Assembly (NCBI GenBank): GCA_964531985.1
Contig: CAZHFC010000001.1
Span: 124,871 to 188,870, forward strand
DNA: 64,000 nt
DNA from: an uncultured Bacteroidales bacterium
GTDB taxonomy: Bacteria; Bacteroidota; Bacteroidia; Bacteroidales; B18-G4
Direction: 5' to 3'
Part shown: positions 8,373 to 16,931 of the stretch, one piece after another
Numbering within the stretch: the first letter of the stretch is position 1
Layout of the letters: each line of letters begins with the position of its first letter
The notes under the pieces: model-generated
Told to the model about the DNA's origin: nothing
The model's input: the letters and a program-made list of their open reading frames with translations, nothing else
Database searches by the model: none
Translations under genes and position numbers: made by a program

Positions 8373-9980
8373 ATGAAAAGAACGATTGCAGGAATTGTAT
8401 TGACGGTGGTGCTGGTGCTGGTGCTGATCAACCTGCTCAACACCGAAGGTCCGCTCTACAACCTGAAACTGGAAGAACTGAAAAGGCAATATGCCATACA
8501 GCCCATTCCCTCGGTCGATCACAGCAAGCTTCCCGAATTGCAGCGGGTGTTCGCTACGCCGCAGGATGTTACCGAAGCATGCAACAGATGTCACACCGAA
8601 CGCCACCGGGAGATCATGAACTCAGCCCACTGGAACTGGGAGAGGGTCTCTTACATAGAAGGCAGGGGCGTGGCTGCAGCAGGCAAGAAAAACGTACTTA
8701 ACAATTTCTGCCTGGGAGCCCAGTCAAATGAGCTGGCCTGCGCCAAATGCCACATTGGATTTGGCATGAACAACGACCAGTTTGATTTCAGCAACGCCCG
8801 CAACGTTGATTGTATGGTATGCCACGACAATAGCGATGAGTATCGCAAAGGTTCGTCCATGGCAGGTTATCCCGACAGGGAAGTTAACCTTACCCGGGTT
8901 GCGCAAAGTGTGGGGAAACCGGGAAAGATCAATTGCGGCAGTTGCCATTTCTTCAGCGGTGGCGGCAATAATGTGAAGCACGGCGACCTGGAGGCGGCCC
9001 AGCTTTCCTGCGACAGGAGCGTTGACGTACACATGGCGGTAAACGGCATGGACATGGCCTGCGTTGCATGCCATACAGCCGAAAACCACCAGATAAAAGG
9101 GCGGCTGTATTCGGTTTCTTCAACCAACAGCAACAGGGCCACCTGCGAACAGTGCCATACCAATACCCCCCATTTCGATGACCTCATCAACCGGCACAAT
9201 GCCAAAGTTTCGTGCCAGGCCTGCCACATCCCTGCATATGCCAAGGTTAACCCTACCAAAATGTCGTGGAAATGGTCCGAAGCCGGCAAACTTAAAGACG
9301 GGAAGCCCTACCAGGAATTCAATAGCGACAGTACCCGCGAATACCTGAGCATCAAAGGGGAGTTTGTATGGGCAAAGAATGTGAAACCCGATTATATCTG
9401 GTTCAACGGAACGGCCGATCATTACCTGCTCGGCGATACCATAAAATCAGCGCCCGTACAGATGAACACGCTTTTTGGCTCGCACGACGACCGTGATTCA
9501 AAGATCTTCCCGGTTAAGATCAATACCGGCGATCAGATCTACGATATTCACCATAACATCATCATACAGCCGAAACTTTTTTCAAAGAATAAGGGCGATA
9601 GTGCCTACTGGCAGGATCTCGACTGGAATACGGCTGCGGCAGCCGGAATGAAAAGGGTGGGATTGCCCTACAGCGGACAGTACGGCTTTGTTGAAACCGA
9701 GATGTACTGGCCCTTGAACCATATGGTGGCACCCAAGGAACAGGCGGTGGGGTGTGCCGAATGCCACACCCGCAATGACGGCAGGCTGGCCCAGCTGGGC
9801 GGTTTTTACCTTCCGGGCCGCGACCATAACAGCATGCTCGACCTCTTCGGGGCGATCCTGTTTTTCGGGGCCCTGCTGGCCGTGTTCTTCCATGCTGCCA
9901 TGCGGATCGTGATCTCGGTCAGACGCAGGGATTACGACATGAACATCATTGATTATGAAGATAAAAAACAACATTTTTAG
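8373..9980 (+). CDS. octaheme c-type cytochrome, tetrathionate-reductase (OTR)-like family, with C-terminal TM helix
   Basis: Eight CxxCH motifs (CNRCH, CAKCH, CMVCH, CGSCH, CVACH, CEQCH, CQACH, CAECH). N-terminal signal/anchor MKRTIAGIVLTVVLVLVLINLL. No CxxCK and no Cx15CH. C-terminal hydrophobic helix LDLFGAILFFGALLAVFFHAAMRIVISV. Confidence 0.85.
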   Translation: MKRTIAGIVLTVVLVLVLINLLNTEGPLYNLKLEELKRQYAIQPIPSVDHSKLPELQRVFATPQDVTEACNRCHTERHREIMNSAHWNWERVSYIEGRGVAAAGKKNVLNNFCLGAQSNELACAKCHIGFGMNNDQFDFSNARNVDCMVCHDNSDEYRKGSSMAGYPDREVNLTRVAQSVGKPGKINCGSCHFFSGGGNNVKHGDLEAAQLSCDRSVDVHMAVNGMDMACVACHTAENHQIKGRLYSVSSTNSNRATCEQCHTNTPHFDDLINRHNAKVSCQACHIPAYAKVNPTKMSWKWSEAGKLKDGKPYQEFNSDSTREYLSIKGEFVWAKNVKPDYIWFNGTADHYLLGDTIKSAPVQMNTLFGSHDDRDSKIFPVKINTGDQIYDIHHNIIIQPKLFSKNKGDSAYWQDLDWNTAAAAGMKRVGLPYSGQYGFVETEMYWPLNHMVAPKEQAVGCAECHTRNDGRLAQLGGFYLPGRDHNSMLDLFGAILFFGALLAVFFHAAMRIVISVRRRDYDMNIIDYEDKKQHF

Positions 9981-9991
9981 AGGGGAAATAT

Positions 9992-10648
9992 ATGAAACGG
10001 GTATATGTATATAAGGGTTTTGAACGATTCTGGCACTGGACACAGGCTGCCCTGATCATCTTTCTTGCCCTTACAGGCTTTGAGGTGCATGGCACATTCC
10101 ACATCCTCGGTTTTGAACATGCCGCCCGCTTTCACAGGGTAGGCTCGTGGATGCTGATCGTACTCATCATATTCGCCATTTTCTGGCATCTGGTGACCGG
10201 GGAATGGAAACAGTACATCCCCACCACCAGGAAACTGGCTGAACAGCTCCGGTTTTACAGCATCGGCATGTTCAGGGGCGAAAAGCATCCCACCAAAAAA
10301 ACCGGGCTGCAAAAGCTAAATCCGCTGCAACGCATTGTTTACCTTGGGTTTAAGCTGGTGCTGATCCCGCTCACGGTTGTTTCGGGTATTTTGTACATGT
10401 TCCATAAAACCATCGACCAGAACGAGATCATTGTCATCAGCAGGTTTTCGCTCGAAAGCATTGCCTTCTGGCATACGCTGGGCGCCATACTGCTTATGAC
10501 TTTCCTGGTTATCCATGTATATATGACCACCACAGGGCATACGCCTACCTCGAACATTCAGGCCATGATCACGGGTTATGAAGAACTTGAAGATGAGGAT
10601 GCTGATGAAAATGGCCCGGACAGGAAGAATAAAAACAAAAAAACTTAG
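9992..10648 (+). CDS. membrane di-heme cytochrome b (PhsC/FdnI/Ni-hydrogenase cyt b family)
   Basis: 218 aa. N-terminus FERFWHWTQAALIIFLALTGFEVHG is typical of this family, with 4-5 TM helices carrying conserved His residues (HRVGSWML, FWHLV, FWHTLGAILLMTFLVIHVY). It starts 11 nt after the cytochrome c gene. Confidence 0.8.
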   Translation: MKRVYVYKGFERFWHWTQAALIIFLALTGFEVHGTFHILGFEHAARFHRVGSWMLIVLIIFAIFWHLVTGEWKQYIPTTRKLAEQLRFYSIGMFRGEKHPTKKTGLQKLNPLQRIVYLGFKLVLIPLTVVSGILYMFHKTIDQNEIIVISRFSLESIAFWHTLGAILLMTFLVIHVYMTTTGHTPTSNIQAMITGYEELEDEDADENGPDRKNKNKKT

Positions 10649-10694
10649 TGAGGGATCGTATTACCGGTAATCCCATTAACAAATCATCAATATA

Positions 10695-11231
10695 ATGAAA
10701 ACCACCACACACCTTAAGCCGAAACCATACATGAACCCATACCTGGCCGGGTTTTTGCTGGGTCTGGTATTGCTTGCAACCATCTATATCACCGGGCGTG
10801 GGCTTGGCGCAAGCGGGGCTTTTAAAAGTGTTGTCATGGCTTCGGTCGAAACCCTGGCTCCGGCCCATGCCGAAAACAAGGCATATTACGCCGAATTCAG
10901 GCAACAAAACCCTGAAGGGCCCTGGAAAAACTTTCTGGTTTTCGAGATACTGGGCGTGCTGGTGGGGGCCTTTTTTTCAGGTGTGCTCGCCAACAGGGTT
11001 AGCCTGAAACTTGAGAAAGGCCCGCATGTTACCAATGCCGTGCGCATCATTGCAGCGATCGCAGGCGGTGCCCTTTTCGGCTACGGTTCGCAGCTTGGCA
11101 GGGGATGTACCAGCGGCTCGGCCCTGAGCGGCATGGCAGTCCTTTCGCTGGGCGGCATTCTCACCATGCTGGCCATCTTCGGTGCAGCATATTTTTTGGC
11201 ATATTTTTTCAGAAAACTCTGGTTAAAGTAA
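10695..11231 (+). CDS. YeeE/YedE family sulfur-compound transporter, half-size subunit
   Basis: 178 aa polytopic protein with the family loops GRGLGASGAF and GRGCTSGSALSG. Confidence 0.8.
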   Translation: MKTTTHLKPKPYMNPYLAGFLLGLVLLATIYITGRGLGASGAFKSVVMASVETLAPAHAENKAYYAEFRQQNPEGPWKNFLVFEILGVLVGAFFSGVLANRVSLKLEKGPHVTNAVRIIAAIAGGALFGYGSQLGRGCTSGSALSGMAVLSLGGILTMLAIFGAAYFLAYFFRKLWLK

Positions 11232-11238
11232 TCGTATC

Positions 11239-12435
11239 ATGGGACCATTAGTACCTTTTATCATCAGTGAAGAATTCAGCCTGCTGCTGGCATTCTTTCT
11301 CGGCATTGGTTTTGGCTTTGTGCTGGAACAGGCCGGCTTCTCAACCACCAAAAAGCTTGTGGGGCTGTTCTACGGTTACGATTTCACCGTGTTGCGCGTG
11401 TTTTTCACGGCCGGCATCACCGCCATGGCAGGGGTCCTCTTTCTGGGGCATTATGGCCTGCTTGACCTGAATGTTATCTATGTGAACCCCACCTTTTTTA
11501 ATTCAGCCCTGATCGGAGGTGCCGTGATGGGCGCCGGCTTTATCATCGGCGGCTTTTGCCCGGGAACCAGTGTATGCGCCGTGGCGGTTGGCAAGCTCGA
11601 TGCCCTGGCATTCATCATCGGGGCCATCCTGGGCGTTTTTGCCTTCACGGAGACCTTCCCGCTCATCGAAAACATGTATTACGCCAATGACCTCGGGCAG
11701 GTGCGCATTTCGGATTACCTGGGCATGTCAGATATTCTCTTTGGGTTTTTACTGGCCTTCATGGCCATCGGGGCTTTCGTGGCTACCTGGTACATCGAAA
11801 ACAAAGTTAACAAGAGACCCAACAGCATAGCCGTGTCACTGAGGAACCGTTATGCCATGGCAACAGCAGGACTGTTGTTTATACTGTCCGTGGTGGCATT
11901 CCTGCCGGGCAAAACGGATATCATCAATATGCGCATTGCCGAAGCGAAACGTCAGCAAAGCTGCGTTTTTAAAGAGATCTCGGCCGATAAGCTGGCCAAC
12001 GAGATCGTTAGTCATCATTATACCATGAACATTATCGACGTACGTTCACCGGAAGAATATGAAGAATACCATATTCCGCTGGCCATCAACATTCCTTTCG
12101 ACCGCATCATGGAAAGACAGTATGCCGCTTTGTTCAAACAAAATATGAGAATCAATATCTTTTATGCCGATCATGATACCCTGGTCAGGATGGCCTGCCT
12201 CAAAGCCAAATATATCGGCAGGTCAGAGAATTATATACTGCGTGAAAGCGCACAGGAATTCAAAAGGATGTTCTCGGGCATCGAACCCCCGCCCGAAAAC
12301 CCTACCAAAGCACAACTGGATGTTTTTCATTTCAGACAGGTAACAGCCCTGAAAATGCTCGACCTGGTGAGTTCATTGAAGAATATCAATGCTCCTCCAA
12401 AACCCAAGGCGATTGAAATCAAGGGCGGCTGCTGA
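11239..12435 (+). CDS. YeeE/YedE half-size transporter fused to a C-terminal rhodanese-homology domain
   Basis: The N-terminal roughly 190 aa are polytopic, with GGFCPGTSVCAV. C-terminal rhodanese-like NIIDVRSPEEYEEYHIPLAINIPF ... RINIFYADHDTLVRMACLKAKYIG. The gene starts 7 nt after the previous gene. Confidence 0.8.
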   Translation: MGPLVPFIISEEFSLLLAFFLGIGFGFVLEQAGFSTTKKLVGLFYGYDFTVLRVFFTAGITAMAGVLFLGHYGLLDLNVIYVNPTFFNSALIGGAVMGAGFIIGGFCPGTSVCAVAVGKLDALAFIIGAILGVFAFTETFPLIENMYYANDLGQVRISDYLGMSDILFGFLLAFMAIGAFVATWYIENKVNKRPNSIAVSLRNRYAMATAGLLFILSVVAFLPGKTDIINMRIAEAKRQQSCVFKEISADKLANEIVSHHYTMNIIDVRSPEEYEEYHIPLAINIPFDRIMERQYAALFKQNMRINIFYADHDTLVRMACLKAKYIGRSENYILRESAQEFKRMFSGIEPPPENPTKAQLDVFHFRQVTALKMLDLVSSLKNINAPPKPKAIEIKGGC

Positions 12436-12463
12436 GTACTTCCGGTTGCCCCGGCAAGCAGTA

Positions 12464-12741
12464 TGGTGCCCCTTACCGTTGTTTTTACAGATCTATCATC
12501 CAACATCACCGAAAGCCGGCAGTAATTCTGTTCCCGGCGGTTAATATGATGAAAATGGTTCATATATTGTAATAGGATGTCAGAGATGTTTAGGTCATCA
12601 ACTGCCTGCGATTATTACGAAGCCTGGTACCGCAGGGTGCTTGTTAATACAGATAGATCGTATCGTTGGCGTATAACTAAACAAAATGGTGATTCGCTTC
12701 GTTGCGTGAAGGACTATATCGTTGCCTTCAAAAGGATATGA
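12464..12741 (+). pseudogene. decayed 3-prime fragment of a FISUMP-domain gene
   Basis: One frame reads WCPLP...KAGSNSVPGG-stop(TAA 12542)-YDENGSYIVIG. After a frameshift, a second frame reads MSEMFRSSTACDYYEAWYRRVLVNTDRSYRWRITKQNGDSLRCVKDY. Together these parallel CPPGWHVP...FTALPGGVRSEDGSF...WWTST...GFSVRCLRDD of the intact gene at 1903-3231. No N-terminal half is present. Confidence 0.55.
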
Positions 12742-12849
12742 TTGAAGTGTCAACTTTGCGGGATAAAACAACAATATAAATTCCGGAATTACATTTCTTA
12801 ACGCAACAAGGAAATTGATTTCTTATGATGCCGGATACAGGCAGACAAA

Positions 12850-14637
12850 TTAATCCAGCTTAAGGACGGCCAGGAAGGCCTGCTGCGGGACCTCTACATT
12901 GCCGACCTGCCGCATCCTCTTTTTGCCTTTTTTCTGTTTTTCGAGCAGTTTGCGTTTTCGGGTGATATCGCCCCCGTAACACTTGGCGGTTACGTCTTTT
13001 CTCAGCGCCTTAACTGTTTCCCTCGAGATTACTTTGGCCCCGATGGCAGCCTGTATGGCGATGTCAAATTGCTGACGTGGGATGAGCTCCTTTAGCTTTA
13101 CGCACATGCGCTTGCCAAAATCATAGGCATTGTCGCGGTGGATCAGGGTGGAAAGTGCATCAACCGACTCACCGTTCAGCAGTATGTCGAGCTTGACAAG
13201 GTTGGCGGGTTTATATCCCGACTGGTGGTAGTCGAAGGAGGCATATCCCTTGGAAATACTCTTGAGCTTGTCGTAAAAGTCGAATACGATCTCCCCCAAC
13301 GGCATCTCAAAAGTGACCTCCACGCGGTCGCTGGTCAGGTAAACCTGGTTTTTAAGCGTTCCTCTCTTATCGATGCAGAGTTTCATGACCGAGCCCACAT
13401 ATTCGCTCTTGGAAATGATCTGCGCGATGATGTATGGCTCTTCAATGTGGTCGATATATTTGGGGTCGGGGAGGCCCGAGGGGTTGTGTACTTCAATATA
13501 TTCGCCTTTGTTGGTGGCAACCTTGTAGGATACGTTGGGTACGGTGGTGATCACATTCATGTCGAATTCGCGGTCGAGCCTTTCCTGGATGATCTCCATG
13601 TGCAGAAGCCCCAGGAACCCGCACCTGAAGCCGAAACCGAGAGCGGCAGAGGATTCGGGAACGAAAGTGAGCGAGGCGTCGTTGAGCTGTAGTTTTTCGA
13701 TGGAAGCGCGCAACTCCTCGTAATCATCGGCATCAACGGGGTAGATGCCGGCAAAGACCATGGGCTTGACCTCTTCGAAGCCTTCAATGCCTTTTTCGCA
13801 GGGCCTTTCGACGTGCGTGATGGTGTCGCCCACCCGCACTTCCTTTGAAAGTTTTATACCGGAAATGATGTAGCCCACATCGCCGGCCGACAGCTCTTTT
13901 CTTTCTTCACGTTTCAGCCTCAGCACCCCGATCTCGTCGGCGTCATATTCTTTTTTCGTATTGAAAAACTTGACAAAATCCCCTTTTTTGAGGGTTCCGT
14001 TCATAATCCTGATATTGGCAATAATTCCGCGATAGGAGTTAAATATGGAGTCGAAGATCAGTGCCTGCAGGGGTGCACCGGGGTCACCTCCCGGAGGCGG
14101 TATTTCTTTCACAATGGCTTCGAGTATCCGGTCCACGCCGTATCCGGTCTTGCCGCTGGCTTCGATGATCTCCTCACGGCCGCATCCGATCAGATCAACG
14201 ATCTGGTCTTTTACCTCTTCGGGCATGGCGGCTTCCAGGTCCATCTTGTTGATAACAGGTATGATGGCCAGGTCGTTCTCTATGGCCAGGTAAAGGTTGG
14301 AGATGGTCTGTGCCTGTATACCCTGTGTGGCATCGATGATCAGCAGTGCCCCTTCGCACGCGGCCAGCGACCGCGACACTTCATAGGAAAAATCAACATG
14401 GCCGGGGGTATCAATCAGGTTAAGCTTGTATGTCGTTCCTTCGTGCTCGTGAATCATTTGTATGGCGTGGCTCTTGATGGTGATGCCACGTTCACGCTCC
14501 AGTTCCATGTCGTCCAGTACCTGCTCCTGTATTTCTCGCCCGCTGATCGTGCCGGTGTACTCAAGCAGCCGGTCGGCAAGCGTACTTTTACCGTGATCGA
14601 TATGGGCAATGATACAGAAGTTCCTGGTGTTTTTCAT
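12850..14637 (-). CDS. lepA: translation elongation factor 4 (LepA)
   Basis: [30 protein letters not shown] and the LepA-specific C-terminal region. The ATG at 14637 (MKNTRNF) is preferred over the ORF-track start at 14655. Confidence 0.95.
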   Translation of the reverse strand: MKNTRNFCIIAHIDHGKSTLADRLLEYTGTISGREIQEQVLDDMELERERGITIKSHAIQMIHEHEGTTYKLNLIDTPGHVDFSYEVSRSLAACEGALLIIDATQGIQAQTISNLYLAIENDLAIIPVINKMDLEAAMPEEVKDQIVDLIGCGREEIIEASGKTGYGVDRILEAIVKEIPPPGGDPGAPLQALIFDSIFNSYRGIIANIRIMNGTLKKGDFVKFFNTKKEYDADEIGVLRLKREERKELSAGDVGYIISGIKLSKEVRVGDTITHVERPCEKGIEGFEEVKPMVFAGIYPVDADDYEELRASIEKLQLNDASLTFVPESSAALGFGFRCGFLGLLHMEIIQERLDREFDMNVITTVPNVSYKVATNKGEYIEVHNPSGLPDPKYIDHIEEPYIIAQIISKSEYVGSVMKLCIDKRGTLKNQVYLTSDRVEVTFEMPLGEIVFDFYDKLKSISKGYASFDYHQSGYKPANLVKLDILLNGESVDALSTLIHRDNAYDFGKRMCVKLKELIPRQQFDIAIQAAIGAKVISRETVKALRKDVTAKCYGGDITRKRKLLEKQKKGKKRMRQVGNVEVPQQAFLAVLKLD

Positions 14638-14742
14638 GCCCGCAAAAATACGCATAATTATGATTCGCGAAAGATATTTAAATAGGGCTTTATGGCTTGG
14701 TAATTAATGTTATGATAATATGGCAAACATGAAAAATATAAC

Positions 14743-14750
14743 TAATTTTG
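14743..14750 (+). promoter_or_regulatory. candidate -7 promoter box TAATTTTG upstream of the gap pair
   Basis: aacTAATTTTGcac matches TAnnTTTG and would give a leader of about 100 nt before ATG 14855. Confidence 0.3.
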
Positions 14751-14854
14751 CACTCCGTTGGTGAACCAATATACCTTTGATTCGTTGATATTGGCAGACG
14801 AGATGAAAGGCCCGGTATTTTGCGGGTCGAATACTAACCATTAAACTTTAAAAG

Positions 14855-15877
14855 ATGAACAAGATCCGAGTAGGAATTATGGGATTCGGTGAGGTTGGCA
14901 GGCATATCTACCGGCAGTGCCTCAACGATGACAGGATAGAGATCGTGGCCATCGCCGATCTGGGGCGGCCCGATGTTCTTGACTATCTGCTTAGGGCAGA
15001 GACCAAGGGGGGTATTGATGTGAAACTTGAAGGGAATTTTCTGGTATCGGAAAATGGCAGGGCCCGCATGATACAGGGCAGGCATTTTGAGCCCGGTGAT
15101 GTGCAATGGGACGTTTTTGATGTTGACTTTGCCATCGACGGAACGGGCATGTATAAGAAAAGGTCAGATATGGAACGTCATATCAAAGCAGGCGCCGACC
15201 GCGTAATACTGACCATGCTTCCGGCCGACGAGATCGACCGCATTGTTGTGAAAGGTGTAAATGACCATACCATGAAGGCCTCCGATCGCCTGGTCTCGGC
15301 CGGATCGGCTACCACAAACGCTACCTCGCTGCTGCTGAAGATACTCGATGAGGCCTTTGGCGTCGACTATGCCATGCTTACAACGGTTCACTCCTATACC
15401 TCCGACCAGCCATTGCGCGACAAGGCCGGGTCAGACTTCAGGAGAAGCCGTTCTGCAGCAGAGAATATCATTCCCAACGAAACACCCAGCCCGCGGTGGA
15501 TCCAGCATATCATGCCCGAATTCAAGGGAAGGATCGAAGGCTCGGCGCTGAACGTGCCCGTACCAAATGGCTCGCTGCTCGACCTTACAACGGTACTGAA
15601 GCAGGAAGGTGTAAGCATTGAAATGATTAACAATGCTGTGGCCGCTTATGCAAAAAAACACCCGGATGTGGTCCGCGTGGTGAACGACCCCATCGTGTCG
15701 ACCGATGTGATCGGCGACAAACATTCGGTGAACTTTGATGCCCGCGCCACAATGAAATCGCCCGGGCGCATGATAAAAACACTCACCTGGTATCATACGG
15801 CACTTGCCACGGCATGCAGGATCAAAGACCTGATGCTGGGATATCATGAATTAGACAAGAAAGGAGGCTCAAAATGA
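14855..15877 (+). CDS. GAPDH-family paralog lacking the catalytic cysteine (putative pseudoenzyme)
   Basis: Full-length GAPDH fold motifs are present (GIMGFGEVGR, TTVHSYTSDQ, AAENIIP, VPVPNGSLLDL, WY). The active-site string reads SAGSATTNA instead of SNASCTTNC: GCT at 15308-15310 and GCT at 15320-15322. Confidence 0.85.
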   Translation: MNKIRVGIMGFGEVGRHIYRQCLNDDRIEIVAIADLGRPDVLDYLLRAETKGGIDVKLEGNFLVSENGRARMIQGRHFEPGDVQWDVFDVDFAIDGTGMYKKRSDMERHIKAGADRVILTMLPADEIDRIVVKGVNDHTMKASDRLVSAGSATTNATSLLLKILDEAFGVDYAMLTTVHSYTSDQPLRDKAGSDFRRSRSAAENIIPNETPSPRWIQHIMPEFKGRIEGSALNVPVPNGSLLDLTTVLKQEGVSIEMINNAVAAYAKKHPDVVRVVNDPIVSTDVIGDKHSVNFDARATMKSPGRMIKTLTWYHTALATACRIKDLMLGYHELDKKGGSK

Positions 15878-16881
15878 GAGTAGCAATAAACGGATTTGGC
15901 AGGATCGGACGCTCGGTGTTCAGGATCCTCAACGCAAGGGAAGACATTGACGTGATCGCTATCAACGATCTTTTTGATAACGAGGTGCTGGCTTACCTCC
16001 TGAAATACGACACCGTAATGTCGGGTTTCGGCCAGGATATTACCCTGGAAAACGACATGCTGATCACCCCCTACGAGAATGTGAAGATGCTGAGCATCCG
16101 CAATCCCGAAGAACTGCCCTGGAAAGAACTTAATATCGATGTAGTGGTGGAGGCAACGGGAATTTTCCGTTCACGCGGGCAACTTGAAATGCATCTGAAA
16201 GCCGGTGCCGGAAGGGTGATACTGACCGTGCCTGCAAAGGATGAGATCGACTGTACGGTAGTGCTGGGCGTGAATGATGATGACCTAAAACCCGAACACA
16301 GGATCATCTCCAATGCCAGCTGCACAACCAATTGCCTGGCTCCCATGGCCAAGGTCCTGCACGATTCATTTGGCATCAAGGAAGGGTTGATGACAACCAC
16401 GCATGCATATACCAATGACCAGCGCCTGGCAGATGTGCCGCATAAAGACTGGCGTCGCGGACGTGCCGCCGCCGAAAACATCATCCCCACAACAACGGGA
16501 GCCGCCAAGGCAGTTGGTCAGGTAATCCCTGAACTGAAGGGAAAACTCGACGGCATGGCCTCAAGGGTCCCCGTTCCCGATGGCTCGGTGGTTGACCTGG
16601 TGGTGGAAGTGGAAAAGGATGTGACAGTCGAGGATATCCATGCTGCAGTGCGGATCGCCTCCAAAACCAAAAAGCTTGAGAATATCCTGCTCTATACCGA
16701 AGAGAAAGTGGTCTCGTCCGATATCGTCGGGAATCCCTACAGCTCCATCTACGACCCCGAATATACCAGGGTACTGGGCAAACGCATCGTGAAAACCCTT
16801 AACTGGTACGACAACGAATGGGGATATTCACAACGGGTGGTCGACCTGATCACTTTACTAGGGAAATTCGATAATAAATAA
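15874..16881 (+). CDS. gap: glyceraldehyde-3-phosphate dehydrogenase, type I
   Basis: INGFGRIGR, SNASCTTNCLAP, TTTHAYTNDQ, AAENIIPTTTGAAKAV and WYDNEWGYS. The start overlaps the upstream paralog stop (ATGA). Confidence 0.95.
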   Translation: MRVAINGFGRIGRSVFRILNAREDIDVIAINDLFDNEVLAYLLKYDTVMSGFGQDITLENDMLITPYENVKMLSIRNPEELPWKELNIDVVVEATGIFRSRGQLEMHLKAGAGRVILTVPAKDEIDCTVVLGVNDDDLKPEHRIISNASCTTNCLAPMAKVLHDSFGIKEGLMTTTHAYTNDQRLADVPHKDWRRGRAAAENIIPTTTGAAKAVGQVIPELKGKLDGMASRVPVPDGSVVDLVVEVEKDVTVEDIHAAVRIASKTKKLENILLYTEEKVVSSDIVGNPYSSIYDPEYTRVLGKRIVKTLNWYDNEWGYSQRVVDLITLLGKFDNK

Positions 16882-16931
16882 CTGATTTCGCGAAGCCGAA
16901 ATACTGCCAGGCGCAGTCAATATGAAATATG

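Noticed and set aside
14643-14650. A TAnnTTTG-like box (minus strand TATTTTTG) lies only about 5 nt upstream of the lepA ATG at 14637, hinting at a leaderless mRNA.
   Set aside because: The lepA start is ambiguous between 14637 and 14655, and the box would lie inside the coding region for the longer form. A single motif match is not sufficient evidence.
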